A stretch of 64,000 bases of DNA from a bacterium (GCA_021781705.1 JAJXWI010000007.1:325-64324); one strand, 5' to 3'. Shown: positions 30,516 to 39,527, counted from the first letter of the stretch. Notes: generated by a model from the letters alone, not told the origin. Numbers and translations: made by a program.

Positions 30516-31985
30516 TTAATAATCTCTTCCAATTTCCTGTATTAAGTTTCTGTTTTTGTCATATATTTTTATCAACATAGGCATATCGCCCGGAAAACTA
30601 TGCGTGGCGCAGCCAAGACATGGATCATATGCCCTGAAAGCGATCTCTACCATATTCAACAAACCTTCAGAAACATTCCCTCCTTTTATAAAGTTAGAGG
30701 CGGCTTTTTCAATAGACATACAAATGGCTGCAGCATTATTCTGCGTGGATACTATCAGGTTTACATCTCGAATTAAACCTTTTTCATCTGCTTTATAATG
30801 ATGAATTAAGGTGCCTCTCGGCGCTTCTATCGCGCCAATTCCCTCAGATGGCGCTTCTTTAGGAAGATTTCTTATGTTGGGATCTGTCAGTTCAGGATCA
30901 TCTGCCAGTTCGGTCATTCTTTCTGCCGCGTAAAGCCCTTCAATGAGTCTTGCCCAATGAAAAGCCAGGGTGTTGTGTAGAGGTTTAGCGCCTAAAGTGT
31001 CATACATCCTTTCATATTCTATTTGCGCTAACGTCGTCGTCATACCTTCAGAGACATTTAGCCTGGCCAATGGCGCAACTCTGTAAATTCCGCTGTCTTT
31101 ACCATCAATAAACCCTTTCCATCCGATATTTTTTAGATATGTGAACTTCATGTAGGTCCATGGTTCAACATGTTCCGCAATGTGATGGAGATAATCCTCA
31201 GGCTTAAACTTTGCATATTCTTTCCCGTCAGGATCTACTACTCTAATCTGGCCGTCATAAAAACTGACTTTGTTTTCTTCGTCAACCATCCCCATATAAT
31301 AGGTCTTGATTTTGTAAATATCGCCTGCAATTAGATCAACATACTCCTTGTTTTTAAGGACAACATCGTCAAAAATTTTCAAGGCAAATCTGTAAAATTC
31401 AACTCCATACTTTGCTACTTCCTTAATTTTTTTTCTATCATCTTCGGTTAATGGTTTTGACACTCCTCCGGGAAGACCAAAAACGGGGTGAATAGCCGTG
31501 CCGCCTATAGTCTCCATGATTTTTCTGCACTCTTTTCTCAATCTTATCACCTTGCCGGCTGTTTCTTTTCCAACTTTCGCTATAACTCCAAGAATATTCC
31601 TCTGGGAAGCGGGAGCTTGGGTGCCGACGATAAAGTCCGGTCCGCCAAGAAAGAAGAAATGAAGCGCATGATCCTCCATTAAAAAAGCAGTGTACATAAG
31701 TTCTCTTATTTTCTTTGCGGCGGAAGTTGGGTCTACTCTATAAAGGGCATCAAGGGCCTTGCTCGATGCAATATGATGCGCGGTGGGGCAAACGCCGCAA
31801 ATTCGTGAGGTAAGAATAGGCATTTCTTCAGCAGCTCTGCCCTCACAGAATTTTTCAAATCCCCGCAGTTCCGGCACTTGGAAATATGCCTTATCCACAT
31901 CACCGATATCATTTAAAAAAATTTCTATTTTCCCATGCCCTTCTACCCTGGTTACAGGGTTTATAATAATGCTCCTACTAGTCAT
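30516..31985 (-). CDS. mvhA: [NiFe] hydrogenase large subunit, Mvh/group 3c-like
   Basis: N-terminal RVEGHGKIEI, proximal Ni ligands RICGVCPTAHH, C-terminal DPCLGCATHS followed by a ~27-aa tail (a maturation protease substrate). Context: mvhG, mvhD and hdrA lie upstream. Confidence 0.85.
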   Translation of the reverse strand: MTSRSIIINPVTRVEGHGKIEIFLNDIGDVDKAYFQVPELRGFEKFCEGRAAEEMPILTSRICGVCPTAHHIASSKALDALYRVDPTSAAKKIRELMYTAFLMEDHALHFFFLGGPDFIVGTQAPASQRNILGVIAKVGKETAGKVIRLRKECRKIMETIGGTAIHPVFGLPGGVSKPLTEDDRKKIKEVAKYGVEFYRFALKIFDDVVLKNKEYVDLIAGDIYKIKTYYMGMVDEENKVSFYDGQIRVVDPDGKEYAKFKPEDYLHHIAEHVEPWTYMKFTYLKNIGWKGFIDGKDSGIYRVAPLARLNVSEGMTTTLAQIEYERMYDTLGAKPLHNTLAFHWARLIEGLYAAERMTELADDPELTDPNIRNLPKEAPSEGIGAIEAPRGTLIHHYKADEKGLIRDVNLIVSTQNNAAAICMSIEKAASNFIKGGNVSEGLLNMVEIAFRAYDPCLGCATHSFPGDMPMLIKIYDKNRNLIQEIGRDY

Positions 31986-32950
31986 TTTAATCTCCTTTTT
32001 CTTTTAATCAGTGAAGAAGCAAGCGTAAACCTGTAAAAGGTTCCAGTCATATCAGCAACAGAATCTACTACTTTTTTAATTTCTTCTTCATCATTAAAAT
32101 CTACTATCGATGCCAAGGCTGAGAGAAACTTGCTTCCCTGATCAATAACATTATCAGTTGGGCCAAAACATCCGCGGCATGGCATATTTGCTTTTATGCA
32201 TCTTTCGCCGCAGCCTGACCTCGTGGCCGGACCGAGACAGATAAGCCCCTGGGCTAGGAAACACTTCTCTGGATCAATGATTACCTCATGCGGCCTTTTT
32301 ATCTCTTTTAGTGTCATTATATCCGGTTTTGAATCCTTTCGCGAACAATTCTCGCATAAAGTCTTTGCCGGTCCTATAACCGAGCCTTTTGGGGGCAGGT
32401 TGTTTTCTAAAATAGCAGTAATTGTCTGCATTATAAGATCAGGTGAAGGCGGACATCCGGGCAGATAATAGTCTACATCAATAACCTGGTTTAACGCCTT
32501 CACGGTGTCATAAAATTCTGGCAATTCAAGCTCGCCCGATGCTGTTTTGGTTTTTACTTGAGGTTCTTTTCCTTCCGGATTGATGACGCTTGGCGCTTCG
32601 CGATACACTTTTTTTAAAATGCTTTCTCTATCCCAAAAATTTGCCAGCGCAGGTATACCTCCCAAGTGGGCACAACTGCCGAAGGCGATAATCAGCTTTG
32701 ATTTTTTCCTTAAAAGACGAACGGTTTCTTCTTGTTCATTTAATCGTATGGCGCCGCTTATAAAGCTAACATCTATTTCATTGTCATTCATGTTTTCTAT
32801 ATCTGCATACTTAAAATCCAAGGCGATAGGCCAGAAGACGATATCCACTGCCTCAATAACCTTTAATATATCTTCGTTTAAGTCTAGCACAGCCTCTTCG
32901 CACCCGCCACAGCTAGCTTCCCAGCAAAACGCAACTTTAGGCTTTATCAT
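31982..32950 (-). CDS. mvhG: [NiFe] hydrogenase small subunit, Mvh/group 3c-like
   Basis: CWEASCGGCEEAVLDL, GSCAHLGGIP, and C-terminal Cys clusters (CENC, CLGPATRSGCGERC, CRGC). A 4-nt overlap joins it to the large-subunit gene. Confidence 0.8.
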   Translation of the reverse strand: MIKPKVAFCWEASCGGCEEAVLDLNEDILKVIEAVDIVFWPIALDFKYADIENMNDNEIDVSFISGAIRLNEQEETVRLLRKKSKLIIAFGSCAHLGGIPALANFWDRESILKKVYREAPSVINPEGKEPQVKTKTASGELELPEFYDTVKALNQVIDVDYYLPGCPPSPDLIMQTITAILENNLPPKGSVIGPAKTLCENCSRKDSKPDIMTLKEIKRPHEVIIDPEKCFLAQGLICLGPATRSGCGERCIKANMPCRGCFGPTDNVIDQGSKFLSALASIVDFNDEEEIKKVVDSVADMTGTFYRFTLASSLIKRKRRLK

Positions 32951-32973
32951 TTTCTATCAACTCCTTGGAATGT

Positions 32974-33390
32974 CTAAATCAATGCTTCGTTTCTCAGTGG
33001 TCCTAGTGACTTTACGTTTTTCACCATTTCTGACACTATCGTAACAAACTTATCATCTTCGGTAGAGGAAACCCAATCCAGCTTAAAGCGTCCTTCTTCA
33101 ATTCCCAATTCCATCAGCACCTTCTTTAAAAAGTGGTACCGCCTCAGAATGTTATAATTTCCTTCCTTATAATGGCAATCACCGGGATGACAACCCAGGA
33201 TCAAAACTCCATCAGCGCCTTCCTTAAAAGCTTCCAAAACAAATTGAGGATCGACTCGTCCACTGCACATAACCCTGATAATATTTATGTTTTGGGGGTA
33301 GGTTTTTCTGGAACTGCCGGCTTTATCTGCGCCAGCGTATGAACACCAAGAGCATAAAAATGCTACTATTCTGGGTTCGAAATTGTTCAT
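32974..33390 (-). CDS. mvhD: Methyl-viologen-reducing hydrogenase delta subunit (MvhD)
   Basis: PRIVAFLCSWCSYAGADKAG...VMCSGRVDPQFVLEAFKEGADGVLILGCHPGDCHYKEGN is the characteristic MvhD Cys pattern. Confidence 0.85.
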   Translation of the reverse strand: MNNFEPRIVAFLCSWCSYAGADKAGSSRKTYPQNINIIRVMCSGRVDPQFVLEAFKEGADGVLILGCHPGDCHYKEGNYNILRRYHFLKKVLMELGIEEGRFKLDWVSSTEDDKFVTIVSEMVKNVKSLGPLRNEALI

Positions 33391-35360
33391 TTCATAATCT
33401 CCTTGATTTCAGCTGTTATCTCACATGAAGTGAAATGTCTAGCTTTAACAGCCCCGCTTGGGCAGGCAGCCGAGCATATTCCGCATCCTTTACATAAAAT
33501 ATCATTAATTGCAGCAACCTTTTTCTCCTTGTCAAAATAAATGGCTTTATAAGGACAAAGCCCGATGCAAATTTTGCAACCGCTGCAAAGTTTTTCATCT
33601 ATTTCAGCTATCGTTGCCTCCAATTTTAGTTTTTCTCCGGGAACAAGACATGAGAGGATTTTTCCCGCGGCAGCCGCGCCTTGGGCTACAGAACTCTGAA
33701 TATCCTTTGGACCCTGGCAGCATCCGGCTATGAATATTCCCCCAGTTGTCGTGCTTACTGGCGCCAGCTTGTCATGCTCCTCCGTAAAAAATCCATCACT
33801 TCCCAATGTGATATCAAATAGTTGAGATATTGAGGTAGCGTCTTCGCTTGGTTCAATCGCGGTAGACAGTATTACCATATCTACTGCAAGTTTACTTTCC
33901 TTGCCGGCAGCATCTTTGTATTTTACAACCAGACTGCCTGCATCTTCATTGACTTCTACGGCATCAGGGCCGGCAGTGCGAATTAGATTCACCCCGTCTT
34001 CTAAAGCCTTATCGTACAATTCATGATATCCCTTGCCCGCCAAAGAAAAATCGGAATAAAAATTAAAAACTTCTGTATTTGGCGATTTCTTTTTGATTAT
34101 ATGCGCAAATGTCAAAGAATACGTACAACAGACACCGGAGCAATAGTTATGAAATTTCTTACTTCTCGAACCCACGCAATGAATGATAGCTGCAGATTTG
34201 GGCGATTCCCCGTTTTTTAGGATAACTTCTCCGCCCGTGGGACCCGTTGAACTTAATATTCTTTCAAACTCCAATCCAGTATAAATATTTTCAAACTTTC
34301 CATAGCCGGAGCGGGGAATTTTATTTGCTATAAACGAATCAAAGCCCGTAGCCAGAACAACACTTCCCACTTTTATTTCGATGATTTCATCCTGATCATC
34401 AAAATTAATGGCGCCGAAAGGACAGTTAGCTTTGCAAATTTCACATTTCTTTTCTTCCGTGTTTTCAGTAGCTTTGTTTCTGAAATGAAGGCAATTTTTC
34501 CTGTCGATAACAGCTACATTAGGGAGTGCCCCGACAAATGGTATGTATATAGCTTTTCTTTCGTTTAAGTTCTCATTATATCTATTTTTTACATTAACGG
34601 GACAAGCCTCAAAACAAGCTCCGCAGCCTAAGCAGGTTTCCGTGCTGACGGAACGCGCTTTCTTTTTAATCTTTATTATAAAATTCCCAAAATAGCCCAA
34701 AACTTCATCAACGACGCTATAAGTGAAGACATGAATATTATTTTTATGTAAAATCTCATCCAGTTTGGGGTCTAGCATGCACGTGGCGCATTCAAATTTC
34801 GGGAAGACATCTTCATATCTGACTACTCTCCCCCCAATATTCGGAGATTTTTCTACCAAATAGACTTTTCGTCCCTTTTGCGCAAGAACAAGCGCTGCTT
34901 CTATTCCAGCTACTCCAGCACCTACTACCAAAGCGTCAGGAGTACAATCAATTTCTTTATTTACTATTGGTTGGTGAAGCAAAACCCGACTTACTGCTGT
35001 TCTGATAATTACTTTGGCCTTTTCTGTAGCTATGACTTTATCGGAAATTACCCAGGCGCAGTGCTCCCTGATATTTGCTATTTGAACTAAATAGGGGTTT
35101 AATCCAGCTTCTTCGGCTATTTTCATAAAGGTGCTTTCGTGCTCTTTGGGAGAGCAGGCGGCGATAACTACCCTGCTTAAGTTTCTCTCTATTATTTCTT
35201 TTTTCAGTAATGCCTTTCCCGCTTCTGCGCACAGAAGGGTATGAGATTTAACGAAGGCTACATGGGCTAAAGAGGACGCATATTTTGCTATTTCTTCAAC
35301 GTTTAAAGCCTCTTTTATATTTGGTCCGCACTCACATATAAAAACGCCAATTCTTTCCAT
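33387..35360 (-). CDS. hdrA: HdrA-like FAD/FeS heterodisulfide-reductase subunit A (flavin-based electron-bifurcation type)
   Basis: 657 aa with N-terminal GVFICECGPNI, an FAD fold DALVVGAGVAGIEAALVLAQKGRKVYLVEKSPNIGG, several CxxCxxCxxxCP ferredoxin motifs (CLGCGACFEACP, CSGCKICIGLCP, CKGCGICSAACP), and 4-nt overlap with mvhD. Confidence 0.85.
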   Translation of the reverse strand: MERIGVFICECGPNIKEALNVEEIAKYASSLAHVAFVKSHTLLCAEAGKALLKKEIIERNLSRVVIAACSPKEHESTFMKIAEEAGLNPYLVQIANIREHCAWVISDKVIATEKAKVIIRTAVSRVLLHQPIVNKEIDCTPDALVVGAGVAGIEAALVLAQKGRKVYLVEKSPNIGGRVVRYEDVFPKFECATCMLDPKLDEILHKNNIHVFTYSVVDEVLGYFGNFIIKIKKKARSVSTETCLGCGACFEACPVNVKNRYNENLNERKAIYIPFVGALPNVAVIDRKNCLHFRNKATENTEEKKCEICKANCPFGAINFDDQDEIIEIKVGSVVLATGFDSFIANKIPRSGYGKFENIYTGLEFERILSSTGPTGGEVILKNGESPKSAAIIHCVGSRSKKFHNYCSGVCCTYSLTFAHIIKKKSPNTEVFNFYSDFSLAGKGYHELYDKALEDGVNLIRTAGPDAVEVNEDAGSLVVKYKDAAGKESKLAVDMVILSTAIEPSEDATSISQLFDITLGSDGFFTEEHDKLAPVSTTTGGIFIAGCCQGPKDIQSSVAQGAAAAGKILSCLVPGEKLKLEATIAEIDEKLCSGCKICIGLCPYKAIYFDKEKKVAAINDILCKGCGICSAACPSGAVKARHFTSCEITAEIKEIMK

Positions 35361-35364
35361 AACC

Positions 35365-35886
35365 TTAATACTCTGGTATGCTATCGGGATTTATAATTTC
35401 TTTGTCCAATATGTTTTTCACATTTAATATTCCAAGAAGCCTGCCGTCTGCTCTGCACTCTCCCTCTATATATTCTGCATATTCAACGGGAATAGTGGTA
35501 AGTGGTGGAGCTATCATACTTTTAGGCACTTCTGTTATATTAATAACTTCGTCAACCAAAAGTGCCGACTCGTAAACTCCTGAAGTTATAACTATCAGCC
35601 TTGATTTTTCAGTTATTTTTTCCTTCTGCAATCTAAACAACTTTTTCAAATCTATTACCAGTAAAATATCTCCTTTAAAATTTACAACCCCTTCAATGTC
35701 TTTCGGACTAGAAGGAAGGTATGTAATCTGAAATGATTTTACAACTTCTTTTATACTTGAAATTTCTATGCCATACCACTCTTGCTTCAAGCGAAAGATT
35801 AAGAGTTTTTCAGTTATTATGCCAGCTTTTGCAGGTTCGTAAAACTCTTCTTCGTATAAAGATATATTTTTTTCTTCTCTTTGCAT
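35365..35886 (-). CDS. cheW: CheW-like coupling protein (first copy), directly upstream of hdrA
   Basis: LLIFRLKQEWYGIEISSIKEVVKSFQITYLPSSPKDIEGVVNFKGDILLVIDLKKLF. Its stop codon lies 4 nt from the hdrA ATG. Confidence 0.8.
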   Translation of the reverse strand: MQREEKNISLYEEEFYEPAKAGIITEKLLIFRLKQEWYGIEISSIKEVVKSFQITYLPSSPKDIEGVVNFKGDILLVIDLKKLFRLQKEKITEKSRLIVITSGVYESALLVDEVINITEVPKSMIAPPLTTIPVEYAEYIEGECRADGRLLGILNVKNILDKEIINPDSIPEY

Positions 35887-35995
35887 TGCACTACATTCCT
35901 AACCTCATTTCATCTTTATTAAGAACTTGTCATTTTGTTGATGCCGAGGCATTTGATTAGAATACTATCATCTCTCGAGGAAACTATATGACCGC

Positions 35996-36024
35996 ATTAT
36001 ATCAAATAACTAAAGGCCATACAA
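35996..36024 (-). promoter_or_regulatory. Candidate extended -10 promoter for the cheW-hdrA... string
   Basis: On the minus strand: TTGTAT (36024-36019), a 17-nt spacer, then TGATATAAT (36004-35996), about 110 nt upstream of the cheW ATG. Confidence 0.35.
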
Positions 36025-36296
36025 GCAGTACGTTGCACAAAAGATCGTTTTTGTTTTGCCAGTCGATAACGGGAATGGGTTTGCTCTCCATAATAAAATA
36101 AACAAAGGATTAGGCAGAGAAGTGTATTTGCAGAATTATATCCCACCGCGGGAGAGCAACCCCAATGAGAACATAATTGGCCTTATAAATTCCGCTGCGG
36201 AATTTATGAGGGACGTATCGAGAAGAAAATATCGAACCCCTTGCGGCATACTTTACAGAACTCTTACATAAAGATAACGCAGGTCTGGTAAGAAGT

Positions 36297-36782
36297 TTAA
36301 AGTTTGTACCAGAAATCGTTCGGAAGAGATGTGCCTGTTTGCTTTTTGTAGCCATATTCTACTCCTCTCATGTAGCGCGATTCTTTATCCGGAAACACTT
36401 TTTTGTAAATTTCCTTTTGTATTTTTATCCATGCTTTAGCTAATTTTCCAAATGCAAACCGATCTTTATTTGTGCCATAACACTTCCCAGCACCAATGCC
36501 GTCTGAATAAGCTGGCGGAACTTCGCCATCTTGACTGCTTGCCTCACTAGTTTCTAATATGTTGTTTTTGTCTTGAATATCTAATTCTTTTATCGTTTGG
36601 GCTAAAACCCGCAACTGTTGTTCTCGATCTAGGTTCATAGTTATACTTTTAAGGAGTGCCGATACTACCTGGTCTGACACTTCACTACTTTTCTCTGCCG
36701 CAGTAGATACACCAGTTACCACAAGCAAGCCAACTAAATACATCACCACGGTTATTGTGCGGTTAAGATAATTTCTCATCAA
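36297..36782 (-). CDS. Secreted hypothetical protein
   Basis: Signal-anchor MMRNYLNRTITVVMYLVGLLVVTGVSTAA. I recognise no domain. Confidence 0.45.
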   Translation of the reverse strand: MMRNYLNRTITVVMYLVGLLVVTGVSTAAEKSSEVSDQVVSALLKSITMNLDREQQLRVLAQTIKELDIQDKNNILETSEASSQDGEVPPAYSDGIGAGKCYGTNKDRFAFGKLAKAWIKIQKEIYKKVFPDKESRYMRGVEYGYKKQTGTSLPNDFWYKL

Positions 36783-37390
36783 TTATATTCTCCTTTTCTT
36801 AAATTAAATATAGTGCTATAGATTTCCTGGGGCGATGTTACCTGAAATGCATTGATTCCAACTGAGACTGCAGCCTTAACGTTGACATTTGCATCATCAA
36901 AAAAGAAAATATCAGAAGGTTTGGCTTTCAGGCTGGTAACTACGTATTCATAAGCTTCTTTTTGCGGTTTCAAGTATCCGATTTCATGCGAAAAGAATTT
37001 ATGGTCGAACAGTCTGAATAAGTCGTATTTTTCGGTCAGAAAATTAACATGAGCCGGATTGGTATTTGACAAGACGGATAAAATGTATCCTTTTTTCTTG
37101 AGGCCGCTAAATATTTCAAAGAACCCGTCTTTTGGAGCTCCCACTACACCCATAAAATACTGCTTCATCTCTTCCTGTGTAATGGTTATCTTAAATTCGC
37201 TTAAAAACTGGCGTATGAATTCGTCGAAGTCTTTTTGTTTGCCTGTTTCGTATTCGCGTGTAGATTTGCACTTGTGCCAGAGTTGTACCAACTCATCAAG
37301 TTCATAGGTTTTTCCGATTGCTTTTTGAATGGATTCTATCCAATATAAATCGATAATGACTCCGCCCATGTCCGTTACTATGTGTTTCAT
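36779..37390 (-). CDS. HAD-superfamily phosphatase (YihX-like subfamily IA)
   Basis: From the ATG at 37390: MKHIVTDMGGVIIDL (motif I), VLSNTN (motif II), FFDDANVNVKAAVSVGI (motifs III/IV). Collinear with E. coli YihX. Confidence 0.7.
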   Translation of the reverse strand: MKHIVTDMGGVIIDLYWIESIQKAIGKTYELDELVQLWHKCKSTREYETGKQKDFDEFIRQFLSEFKITITQEEMKQYFMGVVGAPKDGFFEIFSGLKKKGYILSVLSNTNPAHVNFLTEKYDLFRLFDHKFFSHEIGYLKPQKEAYEYVVTSLKAKPSDIFFFDDANVNVKAAVSVGINAFQVTSPQEIYSTIFNLRKGEYN

Positions 37391-38100
37391 GTCAAATCCC
37401 TGCATTCCTGTTTATAGTTTCTCTTTCCGAAAATTAGTGTTCCTACTCTGACGATTGTAGCTCCGTCTGTTATTGCTATTTTAAAGTCTGACGACATTCC
37501 CATTGAAAGTTCTGGCAGCTTTATTCTAAACTTTTGCTCAAGTTGGTTTCTTTCAGTCATCAGTGTGGAGAAGATACGGGTAAGTTCTGTTTTGTTAGTC
37601 TCATACGGGGCCATGGTCATAAGCCCCACCAGTTCCAGATTGTGGCACTTTAAAGCAGCCGTAACGCAACTTTCAACATCTTTAGTATCAAGTCCGAATT
37701 TGCTCTCTTCTTCAGACACGTTCACTTCCAGAAGTATTTTTGGCTTTCTGTTTTTTTCTTTTGCCATTCTCTCTATTTTGACAAGTAGCTTTTCTGAATC
37801 AACGGAATGAATGTAATCAGCCAATTCTACGGCTTTTGCAACTTTATTGCTCTGTAGGTGTCCAATAAGGTGCCATTCAATGTCTTTAGGAAGCCTTGGG
37901 ACTTTTTTTTCAAGCTCCTGAACCTTGTTTTCTCCAAAGATCCGTTGGCCGCAATTGTATGCAGCAAGAATATCTTCAGAAGGAAAAGTTTTGCTTACAG
38001 CTAAAAGTTTTACTGTCCCAAGTGGCCTATTGGCTGTTTTTTCTGCGCCCGTTATTTCTTCCCTGATGTATTCAAGATTTTCTCTTATGTGATTTGTCAT
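37387..38100 (-). CDS. yggS: YggS-family pyridoxal-phosphate homeostasis protein
   Basis: VKLLAVSKTFPSEDILAAYNCGQRIFGENKVQEL, WHLIGHLQSNK, LSMGMSSDF, VRVGTLIFG. Confidence 0.85.
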   Translation of the reverse strand: MTNHIRENLEYIREEITGAEKTANRPLGTVKLLAVSKTFPSEDILAAYNCGQRIFGENKVQELEKKVPRLPKDIEWHLIGHLQSNKVAKAVELADYIHSVDSEKLLVKIERMAKEKNRKPKILLEVNVSEEESKFGLDTKDVESCVTAALKCHNLELVGLMTMAPYETNKTELTRIFSTLMTERNQLEQKFRIKLPELSMGMSSDFKIAITDGATIVRVGTLIFGKRNYKQECRDLT

Positions 38101-38336
38101 TATACTAAACCTGACTGAGGGTTCAAAGCACTTTAAAATATAGAGTTTGCCAAGACTTTCAATAACATTAATATTTTTCCTATCTGTATTGATCCCTTTT
38201 TGTTGGCGTATCTCTCTTGCCTCAAAGCCAAAACACTATTAATTATTCATTCTTGCAAGATCAACTGCTTGCTGTATACGTTGCGTTATAATATAATTCT
38301 AAGATAGAAATGTGCTAAATTTAGTGAGAGATAATT

Positions 38337-38753
38337 ATGAATGAATACACATTTATTTATTGCATAATAGAAAAAATTATTTGGCCTTTGTGTGCAATTT
38401 GGTTTTTGTGGTACTTTAGAGATTCCATTAGAAAGTTCATTCTTTCTCTAAAAAAAGTTAAGTATAAAAATTTAGAATTAGAGGCTGGAGAAGAAATTTC
38501 TATTTCCCAAGATGAGAGTATAAATGAAATCGCAGGATACTTAACTAAAAGTGCACGCAGCTTTAATTGGTTCAGAGAAAATACTGAACTAAAGTATAAT
38601 GATGAAGAATTTCAGAAAATAATTAATGATCATTCAGATATTTTTAAGTTCACAAGAATTATTAGAAGAGACGAAAGTTGGAATAGATTAAAGCCTGGAT
38701 ATCCTGCCATAAAGCTGAAAGCAAAAGCTCTCGTAGATATTGAGAATAACTAA
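38337..38753 (+). CDS. Hypothetical small protein with an N-terminal TM helix
   Basis: ORF track; hydrophobic IIWPLCAIWFLWYF; AT-rich islet. No recognisable family. Confidence 0.35.
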   Translation: MNEYTFIYCIIEKIIWPLCAIWFLWYFRDSIRKFILSLKKVKYKNLELEAGEEISISQDESINEIAGYLTKSARSFNWFRENTELKYNDEEFQKIINDHSDIFKFTRIIRRDESWNRLKPGYPAIKLKAKALVDIENN

Positions 38754-38777
38754 TTTAGAACTCAGGAATAACAATAT

Positions 38778-39234
38778 ATGATGATATTAATTGCAACTTT
38801 AGGTGGTGGATTTCTCGGCTATTTTCTTAATGGACATAGCAATAATCGGAACAGAAAACGTAAATTAAAAGCACATTGGGCAGTCATAAGAGAAGAGGCA
38901 GATATCTGCAAAGAAAGAGCAGAAGAGTTTCTTAAAGGCAATATTTCTGCTCCTCTTTAATAGATTGCCCGCGCTGTGTTATACTACTTCCTTTCCTGTG
39001 CTACTTGCTAAGGGAGATTTAACTGGAAATGAGGCAAAATCTCTTATTAAGTTTTTTACACAAGTTCAAAATTTTAACAGGGGCCTGGATATTTCAGAGA
39101 AGCTTTTTATCAATAAAGATAAAGAAAATCTGGATAAAGTTTATGGAAGAAATAAACTTTATGCTGAGAAACTTTCCGGAGAGCTATTTTCAGAGGTTTC
39201 AAATATATTAGAAAGAAAAGACAGCTTCCCATAA
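38778..39234 (+). pseudogene. Hypothetical TM protein split into two ORFs (60 aa + 89 aa) by a single frame change near 38955-38963
   Basis: ORF 38778-38960 (AGGAA upstream, ATG start) ends ...GNISAPL then two stops. The +1 frame is already open from 38890 and continues (L)PALCYTTSFPVLLAKGDL... to 39234. The second ORF has only a TTG start and no SD, so one interrupted gene is more likely than two genes. Confidence 0.35.
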
Positions 39235-39527
39235 AGGACTTTGGCTTGCTAGTTTTTATATTATTACATCATGCCGTCATGAAAGCTTTACTAAAGTAAG
39301 CCCCCCGCATAATCATAAATTCCCTTTTTTTATCTACTATTGGAGGAATGAGTTCTGTCTTGTCTGTTTTCATTTCTGCAAGCAAGATGCTTGCGATACT
39401 TTCAAATTAAGACAAGTATGCTATAATTACGTGTTATTAATGTATTCTACATTTACACAAATTGTTCCGCAATTACGAGATTAAAGGATACACTTTAAAA
39501 TAAAGATTAATTCAAATTTAAAAATAT

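Noticed and set aside
36056-36355. ORFs 36056-36271 (+) and 36110-36355 (-) in the cheW-upstream intergenic region
   Set aside because: They overlap each other, have no SD or motif, and one runs into the preceding gene. The region is better explained as regulatory, given the promoter-like element and the palindrome.
38778-39234. Programmed ribosomal frameshift in the split small ORF
   Set aside because: No slippery heptamer or downstream structure is evident at 38950-38965. A mutation or an indel sequencing error in the CTTT run is more parsimonious.
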